64,000 nt of DNA from Oscillospiraceae bacterium. GTDB lineage: Bacteria > Bacillota > Clostridia > Oscillospirales > JAAYXM01. The position numbers and the translations under genes are program-made. Shown piece by piece: positions 49,648 to 60,356 of the stretch. Below the pieces are notes generated by a model. The model was given only the letters and a program-made list of their open reading frames with translations, searched no databases and had not been told where the DNA came from. Numbering within the stretch: position 1 is the first letter of the stretch; each line of letters begins with the position of its first letter. The stretch covers positions 12,821-76,820 of the forward strand of contig SVLF01000004.1 of assembly GCA_015068085.1 (NCBI GenBank). The letters run 5' to 3'.

Positions 49648-50223
49648 ATGAACGGGATTGACAATATCACAAAGCGAATAGCAGATGAAGGCGAGAACAC
49701 CGCACGTGAGATTATCGCGGCGGCAGAGGCGGAGGCAAGAGCTTTGCGCGCTGAATATGCAAAAAAAGCAGAGGGCGTGCGTGAAAAAATTCTTGTCCGC
49801 GCGGAAAAGGATGCCGAGGATGCGGCTTTCCGTATTGAAAGCTCAGCATCATCGGATGCCCGGCGCTGTTCTCTTGCAAAAAAGCAGGAGCTTATCTCCG
49901 AAGCGTTTGTCAAGGCAGAAGAAAAGCTTTCTTCTCTTTCGGGAGACGAGCTTGTTTCAGCGCTTGCATCCCTTGCACTTCGCGCGGCGGATGGAGAGAG
50001 CGGTGAGCTTGTTCTTGCGGAAAAGGATGCTTCGCTAAAAGAAAAAATCCTTGCAAAATGCTCGGCAAACAAGGGAATAACTGTTTCAGAGGAGACTCAT
50101 TCTCTCGGCGGCGGGTTTATTTTCAAGCGTGGGAATACGGAGATAAACTGCACATTCTCCCGTCTTGCCCACGAGCTTCGCGACGAGCTCCAGCTTGAGA
50201 TTGCCGGGATTCTTTTTGGTTAA
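49648..50223 (+). CDS. ntpE: V-type ATPase subunit E
   Basis: 191-aa A/E/K-rich stalk protein in the canonical operon position. Confidence 0.8.
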   Translation: MNGIDNITKRIADEGENTAREIIAAAEAEARALRAEYAKKAEGVREKILVRAEKDAEDAAFRIESSASSDARRCSLAKKQELISEAFVKAEEKLSSLSGDELVSALASLALRAADGESGELVLAEKDASLKEKILAKCSANKGITVSEETHSLGGGFIFKRGNTEINCTFSRLAHELRDELQLEIAGILFG

Positions 50224-50260
50224 ATTATTTACTGTTATAATGCAGAAGTCGGAGGTTCCG

Positions 50261-51235
50261 ATGAAAATAAAAGATACAGATTATTTATACGCGACCATGC
50301 GCGTGCGCGCAAATGAGAAAAATCTTCTCACCGAGCGCGATGTTTCGCGTATGTGTGATGCAAAAACCGCATCTGAGGCGGCAAAAATTCTTTCAGATGC
50401 AGGATACGGTGATGTCGCGGGGGGCAGCTTTTCCGATGTAAGCGCCGCAATTGTACGGATGCGTGAAAAGACCGGAAAGCTTATCGATGAAATCTGCGAA
50501 AACCGTGCTATTTTTGATGTTTTTGCACTGAAATACGACTTTCACAACATAAAAACCGTTATAAAAGCATCTCTTTCGGGCACCGATGCAGAGAGACTTC
50601 TTTCCGATTCCGGAACGGTTTCAAAAGAAGACATAATTTCGGCATACCGCACGGGGGATGTAAGCGCGCTTCCCGAAAAAATGGGCAAAGCGTTCCTTGA
50701 GGCGCGTGACATTCTCTCCCGCACGGGGGATGCGTGCCTTGCGGATATCGCACTTGACCGTGCGTATTTTGAGATGCTTATTACGGCGGCGGAAAGCTCG
50801 GGAAGTGAGTTTTTGCGCGGATATGTGTCGCTTCTTGCGGATATTGCAAATTTGCGCACCGCTGTACGTGCGGCACGGCAGGGGCGTGATGACGATATAC
50901 TGCGCCGTGCGCTTGTGCCGGGCGGGAAACTGCGTACCGATGCACTTCTCGTGCGTGATTTTATCGGCGCGTGTGCTTCATCACCGCTTCTTGGCGCGGC
51001 TGAGCTTGGAGAGATTGCGGCAAAGAATAACGGTACGCTTTTAGAGTTTGAGCGCGCGCTTGACCTTGCGGGAATTGAATATATGAAAGCGGCGCGGTAT
51101 GTTGCATTTGATGAGCGTCCGATTATTGCATACATTGCAGCCCGCGAGGCAGAAGAAATGACGGTAAGAATCATTATGGCGGGAAAGGCAGAAGGCCTTT
51201 CTGCGGATGAAATTAAAAGCAGATTGAGGGTGTAA
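50261..51235 (+). CDS. ntpC: V-type ATPase subunit C (d-subunit homolog)
   Basis: ATG at 50261 lies 5 nt after GGAGG. ~324-aa helical protein at the canonical position. Confidence 0.8.
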   Translation: MKIKDTDYLYATMRVRANEKNLLTERDVSRMCDAKTASEAAKILSDAGYGDVAGGSFSDVSAAIVRMREKTGKLIDEICENRAIFDVFALKYDFHNIKTVIKASLSGTDAERLLSDSGTVSKEDIISAYRTGDVSALPEKMGKAFLEARDILSRTGDACLADIALDRAYFEMLITAAESSGSEFLRGYVSLLADIANLRTAVRAARQGRDDDILRRALVPGGKLRTDALLVRDFIGACASSPLLGAAELGEIAAKNNGTLLEFERALDLAGIEYMKAARYVAFDERPIIAYIAAREAEEMTVRIIMAGKAEGLSADEIKSRLRV

Positions 51236-51555
51236 TGGCCATGGGATATAAGCTTGCAGTTTTAGGTGACAGGATGAGCGTCCTCGGCTATCGCACGCTC
51301 GGCTTTACCGTGAAGGCTTGTGAAACTGCGGATGAGGCAAAGAAAAGCCTTCATTCTCTTGCGAAGGAAGGCTTCGCGGTAATATATATAACAGAACAGC
51401 TTGCGGAAAAGATACCGGAGGAAATTGCAAAGTATAAAGACAGCCCCCTGCCTGCGGTTATTCTCGTTCCGGGCAAGGGCGGAAGCCTCGGTATCGGAAT
51501 GAAGAACGTGCACGATGCTGTTGAACGCGCAGTCGGCGCGGATATTCTGGCATAG
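51235..51555 (+). CDS. V-type ATPase subunit F (E. hirae NtpG position)
   Basis: 106 aa, (M)[32 protein letters not shown].. typical F subunit. TAATG overlap with subunit C. Confidence 0.85.
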   Translation: MAMGYKLAVLGDRMSVLGYRTLGFTVKACETADEAKKSLHSLAKEGFAVIYITEQLAEKIPEEIAKYKDSPLPAVILVPGKGGSLGIGMKNVHDAVERAVGADILA

Positions 51556-51571
51556 GAAGGAAGATAAATCT

Positions 51572-53344
51572 ATGACAAGCGGAAAGATTATAAAGGTCTC
51601 CGGTCCGCTTATAGTAGCGGAGGGGCTTTCCCACGCGAATATGTTCGACGTTGTTCGCGTCGGACAGGATAAGCTTATCGGAGAAATTATCGAAATGCGC
51701 GGTGACCGCGCTTCAATTCAGGTTTATGAGGAAACGGCGGGAATCGGCTACGGTGACGAGGTTGTCACTACGGGTGCGCCGCTTTCCGTAGAGCTCGCAC
51801 CGGGACTTATCGAGAATATTTATGACGGTATTCAGCGTCCTCTTGAGAAAATCCGTGAGCTTTCGGGAAGCAACATAAAGCGCGGTATAGACGTTGCGAG
51901 CGTCGACCGTGATCGCGTGTGGGAATTTACAGCTACGCGCAAGGCAGGCGAGCGCGTGCAGGCGGGTGACATTATCGGTACGGTCAATGAGACTGTTATT
52001 GTAGAGCATCGCATTATGGTTCCGCACGGCGTTTCAGGCGAGATTACTGAGATAAACAGCGGGTCCTTTAAGGTTGAGGATACCGTTTGCAAAATAAAGA
52101 CAGACAGCGGAGAAATAAAAGAAGTTTCAATGCTTCAGAAGTGGCCGGTTCGCGTGGGGCGTCCATACAAAGAAAAAATGCCTCCGGATGTTCCGATGAT
52201 TACCGGTCAGCGCGTTATCGATACAATGTTCCCGATTGCAAAGGGCGGTGCTGCGGCAGTTCCCGGCCCGTTCGGAAGCGGAAAGACCGTTGTTCAGCAT
52301 CAGCTTGCAAAGTGGTCCGACGTTGATATAGTTGTATACATCGGCTGCGGCGAGCGCGGAAACGAAATGACGGATGTTCTGCGCGAATTTCCGGAGCTTT
52401 CTGACCCGAAGACGGGAGAGTCGCTTATGAAGCGCACCGTGCTTATTGCCAATACATCAGATATGCCTGTTGCGGCGCGTGAGGCGTCTATCTATACGGG
52501 TATAACGATCGCGGAATATTACAGAGATATGGGCTACGACGTTGCGGTTATCGCAGACTCCACCTCCCGCTGGGCAGAGGCTTTGCGTGAGATGTCCGGT
52601 CGTCTTGAAGAAATGCCGGGTGAGGAAGGCTATCCTGCATACCTTTCATCCCGTCTTGCGCAGTTCTATGAGCGTGCCGGCAGAATAGTTGCCGTATCCG
52701 GTGAGGAAAGACGCGGTTCCCTTACCGCAATCGGCGCGGTATCACCTCCGGGCGGTGACATCTCCGAGCCTGTTTCGCAGGCAACACTGCGAATTGTAAA
52801 GGTTTTCTGGGGGCTTGATTCTTCCCTTGCATACCGTCGCCACTTCCCGGCAATTAACTGGCTTAATTCATATTCGCTCTATCTCGATCGTCTTGGCGCG
52901 TGGTTTGATGAAAACGTATCGCGCGAGTTTATGAAAAACAGAAGCCGTGCAATGGGACTTCTGCAGCTTGAGGCAGAGCTTCAGGAAATTGTCCGCCTTG
53001 TCGGTATTGATGCACTTTCGGCAGAGGACCGCCTGACTCTTGAGGTTGCGCAGATTGTCCGTGAGGACTTCCTCCAGCAGAATGCATTCTCCGACACAGA
53101 CAGCTACACTCCGCTTGCAAAGCAGGCGCACCTTATGCAGCTTGTTCTAAAGTATCACGATCTCGGTAAAAAGGCTATCTCTGCAGGGGCAGACCCGAAT
53201 AAGGTGTTTGCAATGCAGGCACGTGAAAAGCTCGGACGTGCAAAGGATGCTCCGAACGACACATACAATAAGGTTTATGATGAAATAGAAGCTCTCATGG
53301 AAAGTGAAGCAGAGAGCCTTATCTCGGCAAAGGAGGAAGAGTAA
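51572..53344 (+). CDS. ntpA: V-type ATPase catalytic subunit A
   Basis: ATG at 51572 ([18 protein letters not shown]). Walker [10 protein letters not shown]. ~590 aa. Confidence 0.95.
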   Translation: MTSGKIIKVSGPLIVAEGLSHANMFDVVRVGQDKLIGEIIEMRGDRASIQVYEETAGIGYGDEVVTTGAPLSVELAPGLIENIYDGIQRPLEKIRELSGSNIKRGIDVASVDRDRVWEFTATRKAGERVQAGDIIGTVNETVIVEHRIMVPHGVSGEITEINSGSFKVEDTVCKIKTDSGEIKEVSMLQKWPVRVGRPYKEKMPPDVPMITGQRVIDTMFPIAKGGAAAVPGPFGSGKTVVQHQLAKWSDVDIVVYIGCGERGNEMTDVLREFPELSDPKTGESLMKRTVLIANTSDMPVAAREASIYTGITIAEYYRDMGYDVAVIADSTSRWAEALREMSGRLEEMPGEEGYPAYLSSRLAQFYERAGRIVAVSGEERRGSLTAIGAVSPPGGDISEPVSQATLRIVKVFWGLDSSLAYRRHFPAINWLNSYSLYLDRLGAWFDENVSREFMKNRSRAMGLLQLEAELQEIVRLVGIDALSAEDRLTLEVAQIVREDFLQQNAFSDTDSYTPLAKQAHLMQLVLKYHDLGKKAISAGADPNKVFAMQAREKLGRAKDAPNDTYNKVYDEIEALMESEAESLISAKEEE

Positions 53345-54723
53345 TGCTTAAGGAATATCGTACTATCCAAGAGGTTACAGGTCCTCTTATGCTTGTAAAG
53401 GATGTAACGGGCGTTGCATATGACGAGCTCGGCGAGGTTGAGCTTCCGAACGGTGAGCGCCGCCGTTGCAAGGTTCTTGAGGTCAATGGCTCGGACGTTT
53501 TGGTTCAGCTTTTTGAAAGCAGTGCGGGAATTAACCTTGCCGCAAGCTCCGTGCGTTTTCTCGGTCACGGAATAGAGCTTGGTGTTTCCGAGGATATGCT
53601 CGGCCGCGTTTTTGACGGAATGGGCAGACCGCGTGACGGCGGTCCGGAAATTCTTCCGGAGGAGCGCCGCAATATAAACGGTACCCCGATGAATCCCGCA
53701 TCGCGCAACTACCCGGATGAGTTTATCCAGACCGGTATTTCGACAATCGACGGTCTTAACACCCTTGTCCGCGGTCAGAAGCTTCCTATCTTCTCAGGCT
53801 CCGGTCTTCCGCACGCACAGCTTGCCGCACAGATTGCGCGTCAGGCAAAGGTTTTGCGTGCTGATGCAAAGTTTGCCGTTGTGTTTGCCGCTATCGGTAT
53901 CACATTTGAGGAAGCAGATTTCTTTATCTCGGACTTTAAGCGCACAGGTGCAATTGACCGCACGGTGCTCTTTGTAAACCTCGCAAACGACCCTGCGATT
54001 GAGCGTATTTCCACCCCGCGTATGGCACTTACGGCGGCAGAATATCTTGCATTTGAGAAGGATATGCACGTACTCGTCATTATGACGGATATCACGAACT
54101 ACGCCGAGGCTCTTCGTGAGGTTTCGGCGGCGCGTAAGGAGGTTCCGGGACGCCGCGGATATCCGGGTTATCTCTACACCGACCTTGCAACGATGTATGA
54201 GCGTGCGGGCAGAAACCTCGACAGTGAGGGATCCATAACGATGATTCCGATTCTTTCAATGCCCGAGGATGACAAGACACATCCTATCCCCGACCTTACG
54301 GGATATATCACTGAGGGGCAGATTATCCTCTCGCGTGAGCTTTATCGAAAGAATGTTCTGCCTCCGGTAGACGTTCTTCCGTCGCTTTCACGTCTCAAGG
54401 ACAAGGGAATCGGTGACGGAAAAACGCGTGAGGACCACGCCGGAACGATGAACCAGCTCTTTGCGGCGTATGCACGCGGAAAAGAAGCGAAGGAGCTTAT
54501 GACAATTCTCGGTGAAGCGGCGCTTTCTGATATTGATAAGCTGTACGCCAAGTTCTCCGAGCAGTTTGAGCTTCGCTATGTAAGCCAGGGCTATGACGAG
54601 AACCGCTCGATTGAGGAGACATTGAATCTCGGCTGGGAGCTGCTTTCCATTCTTCCTAAGTCAGAGCTTAAGCGTATAAAGCCTGAGCTTATTGAAAAAT
54701 ATCTGCCGGAAAATAAGGCTTAA
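53344..54723 (+). CDS. ntpB: V-type ATPase subunit B
   Basis: 459 aa, typical B-subunit sequence (..[26 protein letters not shown]..). TAATG overlap with subunit A. Confidence 0.95.
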   Translation: MLKEYRTIQEVTGPLMLVKDVTGVAYDELGEVELPNGERRRCKVLEVNGSDVLVQLFESSAGINLAASSVRFLGHGIELGVSEDMLGRVFDGMGRPRDGGPEILPEERRNINGTPMNPASRNYPDEFIQTGISTIDGLNTLVRGQKLPIFSGSGLPHAQLAAQIARQAKVLRADAKFAVVFAAIGITFEEADFFISDFKRTGAIDRTVLFVNLANDPAIERISTPRMALTAAEYLAFEKDMHVLVIMTDITNYAEALREVSAARKEVPGRRGYPGYLYTDLATMYERAGRNLDSEGSITMIPILSMPEDDKTHPIPDLTGYITEGQIILSRELYRKNVLPPVDVLPSLSRLKDKGIGDGKTREDHAGTMNQLFAAYARGKEAKELMTILGEAALSDIDKLYAKFSEQFELRYVSQGYDENRSIEETLNLGWELLSILPKSELKRIKPELIEKYLPENKA

Positions 54724-54735
54724 GGAGTTTTTCCT

Positions 54736-55383
54736 ATGGCAACAATGAATGTTAACCCGACGCGTATGGAGTTAAAGCGGCTTAAAAACCGTCTTACCAC
54801 AGCGCGCCGAGGTCATAAGCTTTTAAAAGATAAGCGGGACGAGCTGATGAAGCGCTTTCTTGACATTATCCGCGAGAACAAAGAGCTTCGCGCTGAGGTG
54901 GAGCGCGAAATCTCCGAGGCGAACCGTGGCTTTGCCGTTGCAGGTGCCGTGATGTCTCCCGAGATGATGGAGCAGTCGCTTATGTGTCCGACAAAGTCCG
55001 TAGAGCTTGACATATCATACAAAAATATAATGAGCGTTGATGTTCCCGAGTTTTCGTTTTCGGCAAGTGACGGGAAATCCGTATATCCTTACGGCTATGC
55101 AATGACCTCCGGTGAGCTTGACGATGCGGTGGACGGTCTTGCACGTCTTTTACCTAAGCTTCTGCGCCTTGCCGAGGTAGAAAAATCTGCCCAGCTTCTT
55201 GCACAGGAGATTGAAAAAACGCGCAGACGCGTAAATGCGCTTGAGTATGTTATGATACCGCAGCTTGCGGAAACGATACGCATGATAACGATGAAGCTTG
55301 ACGAAAATGAGCGTGGAAACCTTACCCGCCTTATGAAGGTCAAGGATATGATGATAAAAGAACAATTACAAAAGAACAAGTAA
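54736..55383 (+). CDS. ntpD: V-type ATPase subunit D
   Basis: 215 aa, MNVNPTRMELKRLKNRLTTARRGHKLLKDKRDEL is the canonical D-subunit N-terminus. Confidence 0.92.
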   Translation: MATMNVNPTRMELKRLKNRLTTARRGHKLLKDKRDELMKRFLDIIRENKELRAEVEREISEANRGFAVAGAVMSPEMMEQSLMCPTKSVELDISYKNIMSVDVPEFSFSASDGKSVYPYGYAMTSGELDDAVDGLARLLPKLLRLAEVEKSAQLLAQEIEKTRRRVNALEYVMIPQLAETIRMITMKLDENERGNLTRLMKVKDMMIKEQLQKNK

Positions 55384-55390
55384 AAAAGCA

Positions 55391-55428
55391 GGGACGTACC
55401 TGAAGAAAATGACTTTCAGGTACGTCCT
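55391..55428. terminator. Shared terminator hairpin between the V-ATPase operon and the convergent zinc-ribbon gene
   Basis: 13-bp stem ggacgtacctgaa / ttcaggtacgtcc. A-run on the 5' side gives a U-run for the minus-strand transcript. Confidence 0.7.
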
Positions 55429-55433
55429 GTATC

Positions 55434-55847
55434 TTATGTCTTTTTAATTATTTTACTTCTGCATTTGGGGCAGGTTATTTCAATTTTGCCCTTGCCGCGC
55501 GGCACGCGCATAACCGTCCTGCAAAGCTTACAGCGGTAGTAGCGGTGGTTTTTGTCTTTCATTTTGCTTTTCCAGAAAGCTAATTTATCGCGCACGCGGG
55601 ATCGGATTCTCCAATATTTTGCAAGCTCACTCTGCCGCTTTGCAAAGTTTTTTGAAAATATACGAACGTATGACCAGATAAAGATAGCAAGTGCCGGGAT
55701 ACTTAACCAGAAAAACAGGCGGAACAAAGAAAGAAAAGCCAGCACCATGCCTGTTATGAGCAAAAATGAGCCGAACTCGTCAACTCCGTAGCGTCCGTAC
55801 ATAAAACGCTGAACAGTGTTATTGAATCTTTGAAAAAAACCGCGCAT
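55434..55847 (-). CDS. Small membrane protein with a C-terminal Cys4 zinc ribbon
   Basis: Two hydrophobic segments, then CKLCRTVMRVPRGKGKIEITCPKCRSK. Confidence 0.65.
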   Translation of the reverse strand: MRGFFQRFNNTVQRFMYGRYGVDEFGSFLLITGMVLAFLSLFRLFFWLSIPALAIFIWSYVRIFSKNFAKRQSELAKYWRIRSRVRDKLAFWKSKMKDKNHRYYRCKLCRTVMRVPRGKGKIEITCPKCRSKIIKKT

Positions 55848-55981
55848 AAGAATTCCTCCGGATATATAGTGATTACATTTTACTACAATTATTCCCCGCT
55901 TTCAAGGTGATTAGATATGATGTTACAGATTGTTTAAAAAGAAAGGGACTTGAGATTTCTCTCAAGTCCTTCTTGATGCCG

Positions 55982-56058
55982 TGGCGCGCTGCGGAGAATT
56001 CGAATCCCCGACCTTCTGGTCCGTAGCCAGACGCTCTATCCAGCTGAGCTAGCAGCGC
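55982..56058 (-). tRNA. tRNA-Arg (anticodon ACG), CCA encoded
   Basis: Reverse complement: acceptor GCGCTGC/GCAGCGC; D-arm GCTC-AGCTGGATA-GAGC; anticodon stem TCTGG/CCAGA with loop CTACGGA; T-arm GGGGA-TTCGAAT-TCTCC; then G plus CCA. 77 nt. Confidence 0.93.
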
Positions 56059-56287
56059 ATATCTTTCCAAACAGCTTAACTATAATAACACATCGCGAGG
56101 AAAAAATCAAGTCTTTTTTTCAAATTTTCCAAATTTTTTTGTGAAAGTAAATTTGCGGACGATCATATTCTGAAAAATATTGAAAAACATATGTGATTGA
56201 AGTATAATGATTGTAGGGTTCGGCGGTTGCCGACGAACCGGAAATGTGACAGAAAAAACGGTTATGGCAATAAGGAGGAGTAAGAAA

Positions 56288-57466
56288 ATGCAATACCGCA
56301 AGGATAAATACGAAAATGACATATCGGCTTTGGCTTTTGGCTGTATGCGATTTAAAAAGAAAATGGGCAAGTTTGATTTTGCTGAGGCAGAGCGTGAAAT
56401 TCTGGCGGCGTACAGAATGGGCGTGAACTATTTTGATACGGCGTATATCTATCCCGGAAACGAAGTCTTAGTCGGAGAGATTTTTGAGAAAAACAATCTC
56501 CGTGAAAAAATAAATATTGCGACGAAGCTTCCGCATTATCTTATCAAAACCCGCGAGGATCTTGACCGCTTGTTTAATGAGCAACTTTCACGTCTCCGCA
56601 CGGACTATATTGATTATTATCTTATGCATATGCTTACGGACACCGCCACATGGGAACGCCTTTGCGGACTTGGTATAAAGGAGTGGATTGCAGAGAAAAA
56701 GGCGAGCGGAAAAATCCGTCAGATAGGTTTTTCATACCACGGCAATTCAGAGATGTTCTGCTCTCTTGTTGATGTGTATGACTGGGATTTCTGTATGATT
56801 CAATATAATTATATGGATGAGCACACCCAGGCGGGACGCACCGGGCTTTTGCACGCAAACAAAAAAGGACTTCCCGTTATGATTATGGAGCCGCTGCGCG
56901 GAGGAAAGCTTGTGAACCGTCTGCCGGAGGAGGCAATGCGTATTTTCAGGGAGCATACACCAAAATACACTCCGGCCGAGTGGTCTTTCCGCTGGCTGTG
57001 GAATCAGCCCGAGGTAACAACGGTTCTCTCGGGGATGAACTCAATGGAAATGCTGGAGGAAAATTGCCGCGTGGCGGACTCGGCGCGCATCGGAGAGCTT
57101 ACGGCTGCGGATGAAGAGATGCTGGCAGGCGTGGTAAAGGCGATAAACGCAGGGATGAAGGTGCCGTGCACCGGATGCCGCTACTGTGTGCCGTGTCCGA
57201 AGGGCGTGGATATCCCGGGCGTGTTTGCGGCATACAACAGAGTGTATTCTGACAGCAAGTTTGCCGGAATGAGAGATTATTTTATGTGTACCGCAATGAG
57301 AAAAAACTCCACAGCCGCGTCAAACTGCATTGGCTGTGGGAAATGCGAACAGCATTGTCCGCAGAATATTGATATAAGAGGAAAGCTTCGCGATGCCGGA
57401 AAAGAATTGGAAAATCCGCTGTACAGAGCATTCCGGAAAATTGCGTCATGGGTGATAAGGTTTTAA
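56288..57466 (+). CDS. Aldo/keto reductase with a C-terminal 4Fe-4S ferredoxin-type domain
   Basis: ATG at 56288 after AGGAGG. AKR N-terminus (..ALAFGCMRF..VNYFDTAYIY..). Cys clusters CTGCRYCVPCPKG and CIGCGKCEQHCPQ. Confidence 0.8.
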   Translation: MQYRKDKYENDISALAFGCMRFKKKMGKFDFAEAEREILAAYRMGVNYFDTAYIYPGNEVLVGEIFEKNNLREKINIATKLPHYLIKTREDLDRLFNEQLSRLRTDYIDYYLMHMLTDTATWERLCGLGIKEWIAEKKASGKIRQIGFSYHGNSEMFCSLVDVYDWDFCMIQYNYMDEHTQAGRTGLLHANKKGLPVMIMEPLRGGKLVNRLPEEAMRIFREHTPKYTPAEWSFRWLWNQPEVTTVLSGMNSMEMLEENCRVADSARIGELTAADEEMLAGVVKAINAGMKVPCTGCRYCVPCPKGVDIPGVFAAYNRVYSDSKFAGMRDYFMCTAMRKNSTAASNCIGCGKCEQHCPQNIDIRGKLRDAGKELENPLYRAFRKIASWVIRF

Positions 57467-58386
57467 TTCTTTTTATAATTAAGCAAAAGTATTCCCGTGC
57501 AGATTAAAACGAGTGTGATTACGAGGTTTATCGGTGAAACGTTGCTCTGCTCGGAGAGAAGAAGCGAGGACAGAAGTACTCCGAAAACGGGGATCATAAA
57601 GCTGAAAACCGTCACCTTCGAAACGGAGTTGAACTTCAAGAGCACGCCCCAGAGGGAATATGCAATTGCCGAAAGAAATGCGAGATAAATAAGCACACCG
57701 ATTGCCGCGCCACCGCTAAGCTCAATCACACCGCCGAATAAAAGTCCGCCGATCGCCATGAGAAGTCCGCCGATGGCAAACTGATACCCGCTGATGATAA
57801 CCGGGTCCTCATCCTTGGAATAAATTTTGATAAGCGTGGAGGACATTCCGTAGCACACGGTGGAGAAGAATACAAACCCGTCACCGAAGAAGTTCATATT
57901 AAAATCAAGACCGTTCATATTGATAAGGATAATCCCTGCAAAGCCAACGATGCAGGCGATTATTTTTTTTGCCGTAAGCTTTTCCTGACGGAAGAGAAGG
58001 CTTGCGATGAGGATTGAACAGAAAACGTTGCATCCGCTGATTACCGTACCCTTAACACCGGAGGTATTGGCGAGACCGATGTAGAAGAATATGTACTGCA
58101 GAATGGTCTGGAATGCGCTGACGGTCAGCACCTTATTCCAATTGCGTTTTTGTGGGAGAAGGAACTTCTTGCGTGCAATGCTGTAAATGAGAATTGTGAG
58201 AATACCGGCAAGGAAGAAGCGGACGCCGGCAAAGAGAATGGTTGACGGGACATTGCGCACGGGGAGGATAAGCTCATATCCTATTTTGATAAACGGAGTG
58301 GCACTGCCCCAGAGCGCACAGCACAGAAGTGCCGCGAAGGTGACGAAATACGGATTGGTGAATAGTTTGTTTGTTTTGCTTTGCAA
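57463..58386 (-). CDS. DMT-superfamily (EamA-like) transporter
   Basis: 307 aa, ~10 TM segments, duplicated EamA-like halves. Its stop overlaps the convergent AKR stop by 4 nt. Confidence 0.75.
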   Translation of the reverse strand: MQSKTNKLFTNPYFVTFAALLCCALWGSATPFIKIGYELILPVRNVPSTILFAGVRFFLAGILTILIYSIARKKFLLPQKRNWNKVLTVSAFQTILQYIFFYIGLANTSGVKGTVISGCNVFCSILIASLLFRQEKLTAKKIIACIVGFAGIILINMNGLDFNMNFFGDGFVFFSTVCYGMSSTLIKIYSKDEDPVIISGYQFAIGGLLMAIGGLLFGGVIELSGGAAIGVLIYLAFLSAIAYSLWGVLLKFNSVSKVTVFSFMIPVFGVLLSSLLLSEQSNVSPINLVITLVLICTGILLLNYKKN

Positions 58387-58577
58387 TTTAAGGACCTCTT
58401 TTCATTATGTTCCCATGTATTGTACCGCAAATCGCCCGAAAAATCAAGTGCTATTGCCGCATCATTTCCTGTTTGTTTCGAATAATCAAAATGGGTCTAT
58501 AAATTTTTTGCGAAAAACAGTTGCATTATGACATAAAGTGTGTTATTATATATATAATTGAATATTGCCCGATGAAA

Positions 58578-58690
58578 CTTTCAGAATCGGAAGAGACTGA
58601 AAGCGGAGGGGGCTCCGGAGAATCTCTTAAATGAGTGCCGAAGGTGTAAGGCAGAGAATTCTGCTGAATCTCTCAGGCAAAAGAACGGAG
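58578..58690 (+). promoter_or_regulatory. Glycine riboswitch (single aptamer 58613-58690 preceded by a 7-bp hairpin 58578-58603)
   Basis: CTCCGGAGAAtctctt..GAGTGCCGAAGGTGTAAGg..AATCTCTCAGGCAAAAGAACGGAG matches the conserved glycine-aptamer blocks (GGAGA.., ..gCCGAAGG.G.AA.., ..CUCUCAGGCAAAAG.AC.G) with P1 ctccg/cggag. Lies upstream of an AGCS (alanine/glycine:cation symporter) gene, a known association. Confidence 0.65.
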
Positions 58691-58718
58691 AAAACACATA
58701 CGAATCCCACATCCTTGT

Positions 58719-58788
58719 ATGCGTTTTTCGGAGTTGCTGCATTATTGCGGCATTTTTTATTGTGCCGGAAAACGCATTTTCTGTTTTT
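58719..58788 (+). terminator. Riboswitch expression-platform terminator
   Basis: atgcgtttttcgg (58719-58731) pairs with ccggaaaacgcat (58765-58777), followed by TTTCTGTTTTT. The aptamer 3' tail gagaaaacacat could pair alternatively with the 5' arm. Confidence 0.5.
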
Positions 58789-58822
58789 CGGTCCAAAATA
58801 TAATTTTCAGGAGGAACAAATC

Positions 58823-60232
58823 ATGCAGGCATTTCTTGACTCACTCTTGGCAATGGTCCAGAAGGCAAACGGCTTTCTTGCGGACTACATTCTCATCATT
58901 CTGCTCGTGGGAGCAGGTCTCTTCTTTACGGTCAAAACTCGTTTCGTGCAGGTTCGCTGCTTTGGCGAAGGTATGGAAAAGGTTTTCGGCAACATCAAGC
59001 TTTTCGGCAACAAAGACGGCAGTGGCCTCACCTCGTTCCAGGCACTTGCAACGGCAATTGCGGCACAGGTAGGAACAGGTAACATCGTCGGTGCATCGGG
59101 TGCGATACTCGTCGGAGGTCCCGGTGCTATCTTCTGGATGTGGATTATCGCATTTTTGGGTATGGCTACCATTTATGCAGAAGCGGTTCTTGCTCAGGAA
59201 ACCCGTGTTTCTGATGCAAACGGTGAAATTCACGGCGGTCCGGTTTACTACATAAAGAAAGCGTTTCCCAACGGCTTCGGCACATTTCTTGCGGTTTTCT
59301 TTGCGGTAGCAATCACGGTTGCTCTCGGCTTCTTTGGCTCAATGGTACAGTCAAACTCCATCGCAGAGTCATGCTACACAGCATTCCGTATTGACGGATG
59401 GATTATCGGTATCATAGTTGCCGCAGTATCTGCGTTTATTTTCATCGGCGGAGTAAAGAGACTCGCATCCGTTACGGAAAAGCTTGTTCCGATAATGGCT
59501 TGTCTCTTCCTTCTCGGAGGTCTCGTAGTGCTTGTTGCGCGCATTAAGTATATTCCTGAAACCTTTGGCGCGATATTCAAGTATGCGTTTACGCCTGATG
59601 CGCTCATCGGCGGCGGAATCGGTTATGCTCTCAAAACGGCAATCAGCCAGGGCGCAAAGCGCGGTCTTTTCTCGAACGAGGCAGGTATGGGTTCAACTCC
59701 GCATGCACACGCAATGGCAGATGTCGAGAAACCGCATGACCAGGGCTGTGTTGCAATGGTGGGTGTATTTATCGATACATTTGTTGTTCTTACAATGACT
59801 GCTCTTGTTGTTATATCAACCCTCTATGTAGGAGAGGGCGGGCTTCTTGCAAGCGGAGATTACGTTGCGGCAATTGAAGCCCAGGGTATTATGAAAACGA
59901 ATGCAATGCAGATGGCTGTCGGCAGTGTGTTCGGAACAAGCTTCGGTAATATGTTTATTGCGATATGCCTTCTCTTCTTTGCGTATTCAACTATTATCGG
60001 CTGGAACTTTTTCGGAAAAATCAACGTTCAGTATCTCACAAAGAACAGCAAGACGGCGGTTGTAATTTATTCCGTTATTGCAATAGTATTCATTTTTCTC
60101 GGCACGCTTCTCTCAAATGATCTCGTGTGGGAGCTTACGGATTTCTTCAACTACCTTATGGTTATCCCGAACGTAATTGCACTTATTGCGCTTTGGAAGG
60201 TTGTTGCAGCATCTGCGCGTGGAAAGAAATAA
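58823..60232 (+). CDS. Alanine/glycine:cation symporter (AGCS, sodium:alanine symporter family)
   Basis: ATG at 58823 after AGGAGGA (the listed start 58631 would run through the riboswitch). GGPGAIFWMW and ..GLFSNEAGMGS.. family motifs. Confidence 0.88.
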   Translation: MQAFLDSLLAMVQKANGFLADYILIILLVGAGLFFTVKTRFVQVRCFGEGMEKVFGNIKLFGNKDGSGLTSFQALATAIAAQVGTGNIVGASGAILVGGPGAIFWMWIIAFLGMATIYAEAVLAQETRVSDANGEIHGGPVYYIKKAFPNGFGTFLAVFFAVAITVALGFFGSMVQSNSIAESCYTAFRIDGWIIGIIVAAVSAFIFIGGVKRLASVTEKLVPIMACLFLLGGLVVLVARIKYIPETFGAIFKYAFTPDALIGGGIGYALKTAISQGAKRGLFSNEAGMGSTPHAHAMADVEKPHDQGCVAMVGVFIDTFVVLTMTALVVISTLYVGEGGLLASGDYVAAIEAQGIMKTNAMQMAVGSVFGTSFGNMFIAICLLFFAYSTIIGWNFFGKINVQYLTKNSKTAVVIYSVIAIVFIFLGTLLSNDLVWELTDFFNYLMVIPNVIALIALWKVVAASARGKK

Positions 60233-60245
60233 CAGCATTAAAAAA

Positions 60246-60283
60246 TCCGGACACCGGGTTTCGGCGTCCGGAGAAGTTTTTTT
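60246..60283 (+). terminator. Rho-independent terminator after the AGCS gene
   Basis: tccggacaccg / cggcgtccgga (one mismatch), followed by T7 at 60277-60283. Confidence 0.7.
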
Positions 60284-60294
60284 CAAGTAAAGTA

Positions 60295-60323
60295 TTGGCA
60301 AATTAAACATTTTATGGTATACT
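60295..60323 (+). promoter_or_regulatory. Sigma-A-type promoter for putP
   Basis: TTGGCA (60295-60300), 17 nt spacer, TATACT (60318-60323). Confidence 0.45.
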
Positions 60324-60356
60324 TATGCATATTAACTTTTAAAGGAGAATAGGAAA

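Noticed and set aside
55873-56070. 65-aa minus-strand ORF
   Set aside because: It is co-extensive with tRNA-Arg (55982-56058). The 'protein' is the tRNA gene translated.
58631-58822. N-terminal extension of the AGCS ORF (listed start 58631) and ORF 58581-58796(-)
   Set aside because: The region is better explained by the glycine aptamer plus terminator. A strong RBS and ATG lie at 58823.
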